From IMG/VR virus record IMGVR_UViG_3300032332_000523, positions 1 to 57,746 of that record: a stretch of 57,746 bases of DNA. One strand, given 5' to 3'. The notes under the pieces are model-generated. The model saw only the letters and a program-made list of their open reading frames with translations, searched no databases and was not told the origin of the DNA. The stretch comes from a virus (lineage: Duplodnaviria; Caudoviricetes). The translations under genes were made by a program, and so were the position numbers. This document shows, in pieces, positions 34,213-42,529 of this stretch. The first letter of the stretch is position 1, and each line of letters opens with the position of its first letter.

Positions 34213-35402
34213 CAGTAAGTTCCACCTGAAATCGGATCAAGGCCAATGGCTACTTGGGCAGCTGCCTGGGAAGCAGCAGTAAAGATTGCAATGCCGGTGG
34301 CAGTTCCGCCCAGATTGATCAAGGCATTGCCAGCAGTCGTAGCTCCGGTGCCGCCATCTGAGATTGCAATTGGTGTTGATATGCCGCCCGTATCTGCAGC
34401 CACCACGTTGGTGCCATCGCAATACAAGATTGAGCGAGCACCTTGAGCCACAGTTACGCCAGCCGCTATAGATGTCTTGACGGTCAGTGTATATGGCCCC
34501 GTTGTGCTATTGGTCACCCAGTATTGCTGGACGGTCTGCGGCACGATGATTGTGCGATTACCCGTCAATACGCCTGTGAAGTTGTAGGCGATCCTGTTAA
34601 GCTCACTGCCTGAAAGGGTATAGGTCCCGGTTCCCGCCACGCTGATGGACGTGTAGTCAAATGCAAAGACGGGTGCTTGCCCGTAGCCAATGGTATAGAA
34701 GTTGTTTCCATCGGTAAAGATGACTGCCGAGTCCCCAGGCTGAAAGCTTAAGGTTGCCAGGCCGTTGATGGTCTGCGACCCTGGAGGATCAACAACAAGA
34801 GCCCCAGTACCTTCATTGCGAAGCTGAAAGAACCAGTTGTTGCCAAGGGTACCAGCCGCCGTCATGCTAAGAGTTCCTGCCCCGCCACTCCAGATCAAGA
34901 CCTTGGCGCGATCGGCAACACCCGCAGTGTATGAAGTGCTGAAAAATGTGACCGGAGCCGCCAGAGAAAGCAAGGAACCAATTGCAACCAAGCCCGTACC
35001 AGCAAGTGAGGCAGCGTCAACTGATGAGGCCGCTGCTCCAAACTGAACAGCGATCCAGCTGCCACCGGCAGTAGTGTTGCTTGTGAGATAGATCTGCCAG
35101 ATTTGTCCTGGAGTGGGGGCCAAGATCTGAACGCCACTGTTGCTCTTGACGATGAACTGATAGCTGCCAACGTTGTTGAATAGGATGGTCTGGCCGGTTG
35201 ATGCCTCAAGCGCACTTGGCAGAGTGAGCGTCCACGGACCAGAAGTGGCCGTCACGTCCATGATGCCAGCGATCAGGTTTGAAGATGGCGCAGTCTCAAG
35301 GGCCCAGTCATACGACGTATCGGCTGTCAGTGAGACTGCCGCGTAGCTGATCTCGGCAGGGGAGATGTTGCTTCCCCCAAAGATGTTGGTGTAGACGGTC
35401 AT
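34212..35402 (-). CDS. Tail structural protein
   Basis: Thr/Gly/Ser-rich beta protein with FTGVLTGNRTIIVP and DGGTGATT; ends ISGGTY. Confidence 0.7.
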   Translation of the reverse strand: MTVYTNIFGGSNISPAEISYAAVSLTADTSYDWALETAPSSNLIAGIMDVTATSGPWTLTLPSALEASTGQTILFNNVGSYQFIVKSNSGVQILAPTPGQIWQIYLTSNTTAGGSWIAVQFGAAASSVDAASLAGTGLVAIGSLLSLAAPVTFFSTSYTAGVADRAKVLIWSGGAGTLSMTAAGTLGNNWFFQLRNEGTGALVVDPPGSQTINGLATLSFQPGDSAVIFTDGNNFYTIGYGQAPVFAFDYTSISVAGTGTYTLSGSELNRIAYNFTGVLTGNRTIIVPQTVQQYWVTNSTTGPYTLTVKTSIAAGVTVAQGARSILYCDGTNVVAADTGGISTPIAISDGGTGATTAGNALINLGGTATGIAIFTAASQAAAQVAIGLDPISGGTY

Positions 35403-35403
35403 G

Positions 35404-36057
35404 TTAGGCCTCGTTTCTTACGGCACCGCGATCAAGGACCTTGCTCATGTCTTCACCTTGCAGCGCTTGGGCTGCAGATGCGTACATGCTTTGCCAGACA
35501 GGGATGCGTTCGTCGTTTTTCAGGAATGGAGTTGCTTCCAACAATGTAGCGTACAGCAGCAAGTTGGGAGCGTATTGGGTAAGCCATTTGGTCTGGGTGT
35601 TTTCGTCCAGCAAGACAGGCAGCTCGTAGTAAAGAATCTCAATTGGATAAGCGGCGTCAGGCGTTGGAACAATCAGCCAATTGGTGTAGTTGTAGTCTGC
35701 GTAAAACACCGGTTCATCTACTTGCGTCTCATCGGGCCAATAGCTCCTGGCGTACTCATATCCGCGGGTAAAAAGCTGCTGCCTGGTGTTGTTATTGGTG
35801 CCTGTCCCAATGTTCATCGAGATGGTGTCGCGCCAACGGTCTGGCTTGGCCAGCACAGCCACGTTGGCTTGCAAGGTAGTGACCACTGCAACTTGAAATC
35901 CTTGGATCTTGAGGTCGCGACTGATGCGACGCTCGGCAAAGTTGATCAGGCTTGGAATTTGAGCATAGACCAGCGGGTCCGTGACGGCAGATGCCCCACG
36001 TTCCAAGTAGCTGCGGACGTCGTTTTGCAGCGACGCAAAGGTCATTGCTTGGGGCAT
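35404..36057 (-). CDS. Head-tail adaptor-like protein
   Basis: MTFASLQNDVRSYL...INFAERRI...PTPD..Y...LLYATLLEA. Confidence 0.72.
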   Translation of the reverse strand: MPQAMTFASLQNDVRSYLERGASAVTDPLVYAQIPSLINFAERRISRDLKIQGFQVAVVTTLQANVAVLAKPDRWRDTISMNIGTGTNNNTRQQLFTRGYEYARSYWPDETQVDEPVFYADYNYTNWLIVPTPDAAYPIEILYYELPVLLDENTQTKWLTQYAPNLLLYATLLEATPFLKNDERIPVWQSMYASAAQALQGEDMSKVLDRGAVRNEA

Positions 36058-36395
36058 TACACGTTCCTCTCAAAGTGCGGGCAGTCTACCAAGCTCTTAA
36101 AGTTGCCGCCCCAGCGGTTTTTGGGATTTAACATTTCCCAGTAAGCCCCGAGTGGAGCCAGCACAGCTTTGTCCCAGATAATCTTCCCATCTAGGAAGAA
36201 GTTGAAGTCGATGGCGCATCGCTTCAGGTGGATGCTGTTCATGGTCTTGGACCGGCCAGTCTTGAAATAGATGGCCTGCTGCTCAGGCGTACGAGCAAGC
36301 TCACCACCGGTGACTACAAAGCCTCGATTGGTCGCGTATTCAACCAGCTTGCACACATCCAACAAGAATGCGGCTTGTTCAGCTACCAGGCTCAT
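36057..36395 (-). CDS. Endolysin, M15 family peptidase
   Basis: RTPEQQ, SIH...AID, WGGNF, DCPHFE Zn-peptidase motifs. Confidence 0.9.
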   Translation of the reverse strand: MSLVAEQAAFLLDVCKLVEYATNRGFVVTGGELARTPEQQAIYFKTGRSKTMNSIHLKRCAIDFNFFLDGKIIWDKAVLAPLGAYWEMLNPKNRWGGNFKSLVDCPHFERNV

Positions 36396-36904
36396 TTTTT
36401 GCTCCTCATCTCAGCGAGTTTCTCGATTGTGCGGCCACCAAAATAAGCCCCCATGATAAGCTGTCCCCAGTTGCCAAGCAGAGTCACGTACGACTCATTT
36501 GCGTTCAAGCCGTAGGCTGACATCATGGCAAACATAAAGAATCCAAGGAATAGTGCCACCAAGGACAGCGGGCGGATGTTCTTAGACAGCCACGAATCAG
36601 ACGACATGTCCGCTTTCCAGCGGTCACTGATGTTGTTGTCTTCGTTTTTTGAAGCATCGGCAAACAGCTGAAGCTCAGCCAACTCCATCTTGGCTTTCTC
36701 GATGCCCAACTCAATCAGTCGTTCTTCATGTTCGTATTGCAGCTGCCGCAACTTAGCAACATCTTCTGGCGTGGGGTTGTCAGGGATCTTCACGCCCAGC
36801 GTATTCTCAACTACTTCTTTGCCTTTGGCTTGAATGGCGCTGGACAGCAGCCCCAGCCCGTTTTCTGCTAGTGTGCCAAGCAAGGCACCGAGGATTGGAA
36901 TCAT
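36392..36904 (-). CDS. Holin-like membrane protein (3TM holin type)
   Basis: DMSSDSWLSKNIRP, two C-terminal TM helices, YFGGRT.EK; adjacent to the endolysin. Confidence 0.72.
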   Translation of the reverse strand: MIPILGALLGTLAENGLGLLSSAIQAKGKEVVENTLGVKIPDNPTPEDVAKLRQLQYEHEERLIELGIEKAKMELAELQLFADASKNEDNNISDRWKADMSSDSWLSKNIRPLSLVALFLGFFMFAMMSAYGLNANESYVTLLGNWGQLIMGAYFGGRTIEKLAEMRSKK

Positions 36905-37149
36905 GCTGTCTCTCCTACTTTAACTTCATCCATGTGGGAACCAACCTTCAGGCCAGACAACCACCCAATCAAGCCACCGACAATGGTTTGGAACGCGGGG
37001 CCGATGATTTCAAAAATCTTGGTGTTGTCCACTTCCTTGACGAACAAACCATGGATGAGCGCCCAGATGAGCGATACAACGACAAGGCACAGCGTGGTGG
37101 TCACCATCATAGTGACCCAATAAATCAGCTTGTCTTTTGCGTCCATCAC
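36901..37149 (-). CDS. Two-TM membrane protein (lysis module)
   Basis: Two hydrophobic helices; PAFQTIVGG. Confidence 0.65.
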   Translation of the reverse strand: MMDAKDKLIYWVTMMVTTTLCLVVVSLIWALIHGLFVKEVDNTKIFEIIGPAFQTIVGGLIGWLSGLKVGSHMDEVKVGETA

Positions 37150-37421
37150 TTTGCCTTTCCCCAGAGTTGTTCGATCTTTGCCCGTAAGCGCATGTTATCA
37201 GAGGTGCCTAGGGCTTGCGCCAGATTGCTGTAAACCGTGACCAGCTGCTCTTTAGTGCAATAAGGACCCGAGTCATCCAGCCAGATAAGAATTCTTTCAT
37301 ATCGCTCCCTTGGATCGTGAATTGAGTAAGCTATTTCCGCAAACTCTGAGACATGGCACTCGCGTTTTGCTGTTGCCCCATGCACCAAGGACAGGACAAG
37401 TGCAAGTACAAGCCAGCGCAT
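37146..37421 (-). CDS. Signal-peptide-bearing protein (lysis module)
   Basis: MRWLVLALVLSLVHGATA signal-like N-terminus; two Cys. Confidence 0.6.
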   Translation of the reverse strand: MRWLVLALVLSLVHGATAKRECHVSEFAEIAYSIHDPRERYERILIWLDDSGPYCTKEQLVTVYSNLAQALGTSDNMRLRAKIEQLWGKAK

Positions 37422-37643
37422 TCATTTGTCAGCCTTGTTGTCCAACTTGTCAAAAATCTGCTGGAGAATCTTTTTGACCTCGGCAATGTCTGCCTTGTAG
37501 TCATCCTTGATGACGTAAGTGGTCGGCAGCTCATTGACTTTGTCTTCAAGCCTCTGAATCTGGCGGGTCATGTTGTTGAAGACATAAGCCGCCAGAAACC
37601 CAGCAATCACCACAACAACATTGAATAATTGCTGGTTTTCCAC
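37422..37643 (-). CDS. Single-TM coiled-coil protein (lysis-associated)
   Basis: N-terminal TM, LPTTYV..DD, ends KLDNKADK. Confidence 0.7.
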   Translation of the reverse strand: MENQQLFNVVVVIAGFLAAYVFNNMTRQIQRLEDKVNELPTTYVIKDDYKADIAEVKKILQQIFDKLDNKADK

Positions 37644-37645
37644 GA

Positions 37646-37873
37646 TTACTCCGCTGCAACAGGGGCCACTTCAGGCTGAGCCAAGGAATTCTTGAGCATA
37701 CCGAAGAAGGCATCACGACCGACTTGCATCTGGTCCACGTTAAATCTTGCCGAGCCAAGTTTGCGATCAAGATCACCGACATGATTGACCAAGATTTGCT
37801 GCTCTGGGGTCATGTCTTCAAGTTGGTACTCAACACCGTCAATGTAGATGGGGGTTTTAGTATTTGCCATCAT
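37646..37873 (-). CDS. Small tail-fibre-associated protein
   Basis: IYIDGVEYQLEDM followed by a coiled coil; GAAAGGA RBS. Confidence 0.7.
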   Translation of the reverse strand: MMANTKTPIYIDGVEYQLEDMTPEQQILVNHVGDLDRKLGSARFNVDQMQVGRDAFFGMLKNSLAQPEVAPVAAE

Positions 37874-37887
37874 CGTCCTTTCAATGC

Positions 37888-37915
37888 GCCACCAAGGTCG
37901 GGTGGTGGCTTCCCG
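37888..37915 (-). other. Predicted H-type RNA pseudoknot directly after a stop codon
   Basis: CGGG-AA-GCCACCA-CCCG-ACCT-TGGTGGC. Confidence 0.55.
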
Positions 37916-38236
37916 TTATACGGCCCAAGGCAGTGCTTGCGATGTCGGTGACACCGGAGGGGTAATCATGCTGTCAATCTGGCCCTGCACGCACGCTTCC
38001 ATGTTGGAGATGGTCTGCGGGTCAACCCAGCCCACCACTTGGGCTTCGGTCAGTTGAGCGTAGGGCGTGAACGCCTCGCCCTGCTGGATGGTGTACTGCT
38101 GGTTGAAGCCAATGTCGGCGGTGTATGTGCCGTCTACCCCAGTGACGAGGTAGTTGACGTTCACGACAACATCGGTCTGCCCTGCCTCTTGAGGCAGCGT
38201 GTACATGGTTTGTACGGTGGTGGTAAAGGTAGTCAT
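37916..38236 (-). CDS. Tail-fibre-associated protein
   Basis: Follows the fibre gene; FTPYAQLTEAQVVGWV...LPW. Confidence 0.75.
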   Translation of the reverse strand: MTTFTTTVQTMYTLPQEAGQTDVVVNVNYLVTGVDGTYTADIGFNQQYTIQQGEAFTPYAQLTEAQVVGWVDPQTISNMEACVQGQIDSMITPPVSPTSQALPWAV

Positions 38237-38245
38237 GGTAAGTCC

Positions 38246-41200
38246 TTACTTAGTTTCAAGTGCCGCAATGCGGGCGGTTAGGGAAATGATGAGAGCCTGC
38301 TGCTCTTGGATTGCTTTGATGAGCGGAGAGATGAACATTTCACGGCTGATGGCTTGGATGCCATCTGGGCCTTCATCCCAACCCGCAAAAGTGTCCACAC
38401 CCTCGGCATCCAAAGCAGCTTTGACCTCTTGGGCAATCAGGCCGTGGATGACGGTGGTGGTATCGCGCTTGTTGTCGTCAGCGTAGTACGGGTTGGTGGT
38501 CTCCAGTTCATTGCTGGCTTTCCAGTTGAACTTGACAGGGCGCAGGCGGCTGATGAATGACAGGCCCAGCGTATCGTCTTGGACGTTGGTTTTCAACCGA
38601 CCATCAGAGGTTTGCGTCCATGTAGCATTTGATGTGAATGCGTTGTAAATCTTGCCTGTGTCTGCACCAATCGTGACGTACGATGACCCTTGCCCCAACA
38701 AGTTGTATCCGAGAATAATTTCACGGTTTGTTCCAGCCGCACTGGGTTTTGCAAGCCTACCGATTGCTGTAATTTGGCTACCGGTAGTGATGTTTGTACC
38801 AGCATTGCTACCAACAATCGTATTGTCTACACCAGTGGTCACCCCATTACCAGCGTCCGAACCCATACCTGTGTTGTGGGTTCCTGTGGTTACAGTTCTT
38901 AACGCATTCGCCCCAACAATCGTGCAGTTATCTGCTGTGGTAATTGCAGTGCCAGCCAAATAACCAACTGCGGTATTCACGGAGGCAGTGGTATTGGAAT
39001 AGAGGGCTTGGTAGCCCATTGCCGTATTGCTTCCTCCGGTGGTATTGCTAAATAGAGATTGGTTGCCAACAGCCACGTTTGTGCCGCCGGTGGTGTTGCT
39101 GTAAAGAGCTTGGTAACCAAATGCCACGACATTACTGACCGTTGTAGAACTGTAGCCAGCTTGATACCCCACTGCCGTACTATTTGAGCCAGTAGTGTTT
39201 GAATAAAGAGCATAGCTTCCTATAACGGTATTTTGCGCTCCAGTGGTGTTTGCTCTTAACGTGTACAAACCCATTGCAACATTATTGCTGCCGCTGGTGT
39301 TGGTAAACAAGGATTGATAGCCAAAAGCATAATTGTCCGCGCCAGTATTGCTGTACAAGGCTTGGTAACCAATAGCATAGATGTTAGTACCGGAGTTGTT
39401 GTACAGGGCTTGATAGCCTATTGCAAGATTACCAGCCCCGGAACTGTTATATCCCGCTTGTGAACCAAGTCCTATTTGATTGCTACCAGTGCTGGCGTAA
39501 AAAGACTGATACCCAACAGCGGTATTGTTGCTGGTAGTAGTATTGGCTTGCAGGGCTTCTCTGCCAACAGCAGTATTGCCGCCGCCAGTGGTATTTGACC
39601 TAAGTGCTAAGTAACCTATACCAACAAACGAATCGCCGGTGGTGTTTGCATACCCAGCTTGATACCCCACAGCCGTGTTGCTTGGGCCAGTAGTATTGCT
39701 GTAAGCAGCCTGATAACCAACTGCGGTGTTGTTGCTGGCGGTGGTGTTGGAAGCAAGGGCTTGCATTCCAAGTGCTACGTTATTCCCGCCGGTAGTAATG
39801 TTACGCAAAGCGGTTGAACCAACACCAACATTTGAACTGTTTGCGGTGGCTGTTCCAGAACCATAGCCTGCGGTGAAACCAACATAGACGTTATCAGTAC
39901 CAGTGTTGTTGCTAAACCCTGCTCCTGCGCCTATACCCACGTTTTGTGAACCAGTAGTATTGAGTTGCAGTACACCACCATGAAAACCACCACGCGCAGC
40001 GCCAAGGGCTGTATTGGAGTTTCCAGTGGTGTTGCTGCTCAATGCCCCATTACCAACGCCTGTATTTGCAGCGCCAGTTGTATTTGCCGTCAAAGCAGTA
40101 GCTCCAACAGCAGTGTGTTCGCCACCAGTAGTATTTGCATATAGCGCCGCTTGCCCAATAGCAACTATGGATGTTCCCGTTGTGTTTGTGTACGCAGCCT
40201 GATAACCTACAGCGGTGTTGTTGCTGGCGGTGGTGTTAGAGACAAGTGCGTAAACGCCTATTGCTGTGTTAAAGCTGCCAGTTGAGTTTGATTCTAGAGT
40301 TTGCTGACCAAATGCTGCATTATTACCGCCACTAGTATTATTTACCATTGACCTGTGGCCAAACGCATTATTAGCACTACCAGTATTTGATAATAGTGCA
40401 CTTCGACCAACTGCCGTGTTTTGCACTCCAGTTACGTTGTTTTGAAGTGCTTGAACACCAAGAGCCGTATTGTTATCACCAGTGGTATTGGAAAAAAGGG
40501 CTTGGTATCCAAACGCAGTAATTGAACCCGTAGTGTTCGCATACCCAGCCTGATACCCCACGGCGGTGTTGCTGTTGGCGGTGGTGTTGGAGAATAAAGC
40601 AGTGTAACCAAGCCCAACATTGTTTTGGCCTGTGGTGTTGTTGTACATCGCTTGCAAGCCAACTGCCGTATTGTTGCTGCCTGTAGTGTTCAGTCTAAGG
40701 GCTTCATAACCCACAGCGACGTGACTGCTGCCCGTGGTGTTGGCGTAAAGAGCTATTGCACCAACAGCTACGTTGGTTTGACCTGTAGTAGTCGAGCCAA
40801 GAGCCAAACTTCCAACAGCGGTGTTGTAAATTGCTGTGGTGGCAGCGGCAAGTGCTTGTTTACCAACTGCTACACTTTCATAACCAGTAGTGTTGGCTGC
40901 AAGGGACTGATACCCCACAGCGGTGTTGTTGCTGGCGGTTGTGTTGGCATCAAGGGCTTGTTGCCCAATGGCTACATTGTTGCTGCCGGTTGTGTTTTGC
41001 CGCAAGGCATAATACCCCATAGCGACGTTTGTACCGCCAGTAGTGTTGAGTGAAAGTGCTTGCTGACCAACAGCAGTATTGGTTGCACCAGTAGTATTGG
41101 CGTTAAGAGCACTCGCGCCCACTGCAATGTTATATGCGCCTGATGTTACATACCTAAGTGCACCGTCACCAACCCCCACATTACCACTTGCGGTAGTTGC

Positions 41201-42529
41201 CGAGGCTCCCGAAGAGGCCGTGTTTCTACCAACATAAGTATTGCTATCGCCAGTTGTTTGGTTAGCGCCAGCGTTAGTACCGACAAAGGTGCTGTATCCG
41301 CCAGTCGCTGTATATCCTGCTCTGTAACCAATTGCAGTTACATCAGGATTGCTAAGATTAGAATACGCAGCTTGATAACCTAGCGCAGTAATGGATGTTG
41401 CCGTTGTGCCTGTGTAAGCAGCCTGATACCCCACGGCGGTGTTGCTGTTGGCGGTGGTGTTGGCTTGGAGTGCGTAACGTCCAATGGCGGTGTTTTGTGA
41501 GCCAGTGGTATTGGCGTAAAGGGCGGCCCTTCCAAAAGCAGAATTGTCACCGCCGCCAATATTGGTATATCCAGCCGTTGTACCAACAAACGTATTGTCT
41601 GCTCCAGTATTATTGTAGCCAGCTTGATAGCCAATGACAACACTATAGCCACTAGCGTTTGTTGCGCCTTGTCCCGCACTATGACCGATTACTACGTTGC
41701 CATTACCAGTGTTGGCATAACCAGCATTAGTACCAAAAAATGCATTAGTTGCACCAGTCAAATTACTGTACCCAGCCTGATAACCCACAGCAGTATTATT
41801 GCTGGCGGTGGTGTTAAACCTAAGAGCATTCCATCCTATAGCGGTATTAGATGTACCAGAACTTGTAACTTGAGCAGCACCAACGCCTACGGCAGTATTC
41901 CAAGAGCCATTTGATGTGTAAAGAGCCTGAACGCCAACAGCGGTGTTATCACTAGCAGTTGATAGAGTGGATAGTGCTTCTTCACCAATGCCTGTATTTG
42001 ATGCCCCCGAAGTAAGGGCTGTTAATGCAAGCCTGCCAAAAGCGGAATTAAATGCGCCCGTTGCAGTAGCAGCCATTGCACCAGAACCAACCGCCGTGTT
42101 AGAGGTTACAGCGCCCCCACCTCGGCCCACTGTGAGTCCGTAGACAGTCAGGTCAGTGCCTGAGTACAGCAAGTTAGCGGAGCTTGTCTCAAGCCCGCCG
42201 GTAGTTGTGTACACCACACGGCCCGTGGTCAGGCCAGAGTTGGTGATCGCCGGCGTGACTAAAGAGGTTCCCAAGTACAAGGTACGAGCGCGAGTTGCGC
42301 CAGATGCCCCAATGTCGTAGGTGTTGTCTGGGCTAAACAGCAAGTTGCCAGACATGGTGGTGCCTGATGGATTTGTGCCCAGCTCAACGACGTTGCCGCC
42401 GCTGTCCTTGGTGTAGATGCGCTTGGTTGCCGTATTGACGGCAATCTCTGCACCTCCGGCAGAATTGGTGAGGTCACCGGCAACAGGGGCTCCTGCCGTG
42501 TCCTTTTTCTTGATGAGTATTGTGGTCAT
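38246..42529 (-). CDS. Long tail fibre with 14-aa NTAVG repeats and C-terminal peptidase S74 intramolecular chaperone
   Basis: Mtd-N-like anchor (EIAVNTATKRIYTKD); dozens of NTTG.NNTAVG..AL repeats; TSDGRLKTNV...LRPVKFNWK...GLIAQEV...LIKAIQE. Confidence 0.92.
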   Translation of the reverse strand: MTTILIKKKDTAGAPVAGDLTNSAGGAEIAVNTATKRIYTKDSGGNVVELGTNPSGTTMSGNLLFSPDNTYDIGASGATRARTLYLGTSLVTPAITNSGLTTGRVVYTTTGGLETSSANLLYSGTDLTVYGLTVGRGGGAVTSNTAVGSGAMAATATGAFNSAFGRLALTALTSGASNTGIGEEALSTLSTASDNTAVGVQALYTSNGSWNTAVGVGAAQVTSSGTSNTAIGWNALRFNTTASNNTAVGYQAGYSNLTGATNAFFGTNAGYANTGNGNVVIGHSAGQGATNASGYSVVIGYQAGYNNTGADNTFVGTTAGYTNIGGGDNSAFGRAALYANTTGSQNTAIGRYALQANTTANSNTAVGYQAAYTGTTATSITALGYQAAYSNLSNPDVTAIGYRAGYTATGGYSTFVGTNAGANQTTGDSNTYVGRNTASSGASATTASGNVGVGDGALRYVTSGAYNIAVGASALNANTTGATNTAVGQQALSLNTTGGTNVAMGYYALRQNTTGSNNVAIGQQALDANTTASNNTAVGYQSLAANTTGYESVAVGKQALAAATTAIYNTAVGSLALGSTTTGQTNVAVGAIALYANTTGSSHVAVGYEALRLNTTGSNNTAVGLQAMYNNTTGQNNVGLGYTALFSNTTANSNTAVGYQAGYANTTGSITAFGYQALFSNTTGDNNTALGVQALQNNVTGVQNTAVGRSALLSNTGSANNAFGHRSMVNNTSGGNNAAFGQQTLESNSTGSFNTAIGVYALVSNTTASNNTAVGYQAAYTNTTGTSIVAIGQAALYANTTGGEHTAVGATALTANTTGAANTGVGNGALSSNTTGNSNTALGAARGGFHGGVLQLNTTGSQNVGIGAGAGFSNNTGTDNVYVGFTAGYGSGTATANSSNVGVGSTALRNITTGGNNVALGMQALASNTTASNNTAVGYQAAYSNTTGPSNTAVGYQAGYANTTGDSFVGIGYLALRSNTTGGGNTAVGREALQANTTTSNNTAVGYQSFYASTGSNQIGLGSQAGYNSSGAGNLAIGYQALYNNSGTNIYAIGYQALYSNTGADNYAFGYQSLFTNTSGSNNVAMGLYTLRANTTGAQNTVIGSYALYSNTTGSNSTAVGYQAGYSSTTVSNVVAFGYQALYSNTTGGTNVAVGNQSLFSNTTGGSNTAMGYQALYSNTTASVNTAVGYLAGTAITTADNCTIVGANALRTVTTGTHNTGMGSDAGNGVTTGVDNTIVGSNAGTNITTGSQITAIGRLAKPSAAGTNREIILGYNLLGQGSSYVTIGADTGKIYNAFTSNATWTQTSDGRLKTNVQDDTLGLSFISRLRPVKFNWKASNELETTNPYYADDNKRDTTTVIHGLIAQEVKAALDAEGVDTFAGWDEGPDGIQAISREMFISPLIKAIQEQQALIISLTARIAALETK

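Noticed and set aside
38246-42529. Diversity-generating retroelement target suggested by the Mtd-N-like N-terminus
   Set aside because: No reverse transcriptase and no template/variable repeat pair with adenine-specific mismatches was seen.
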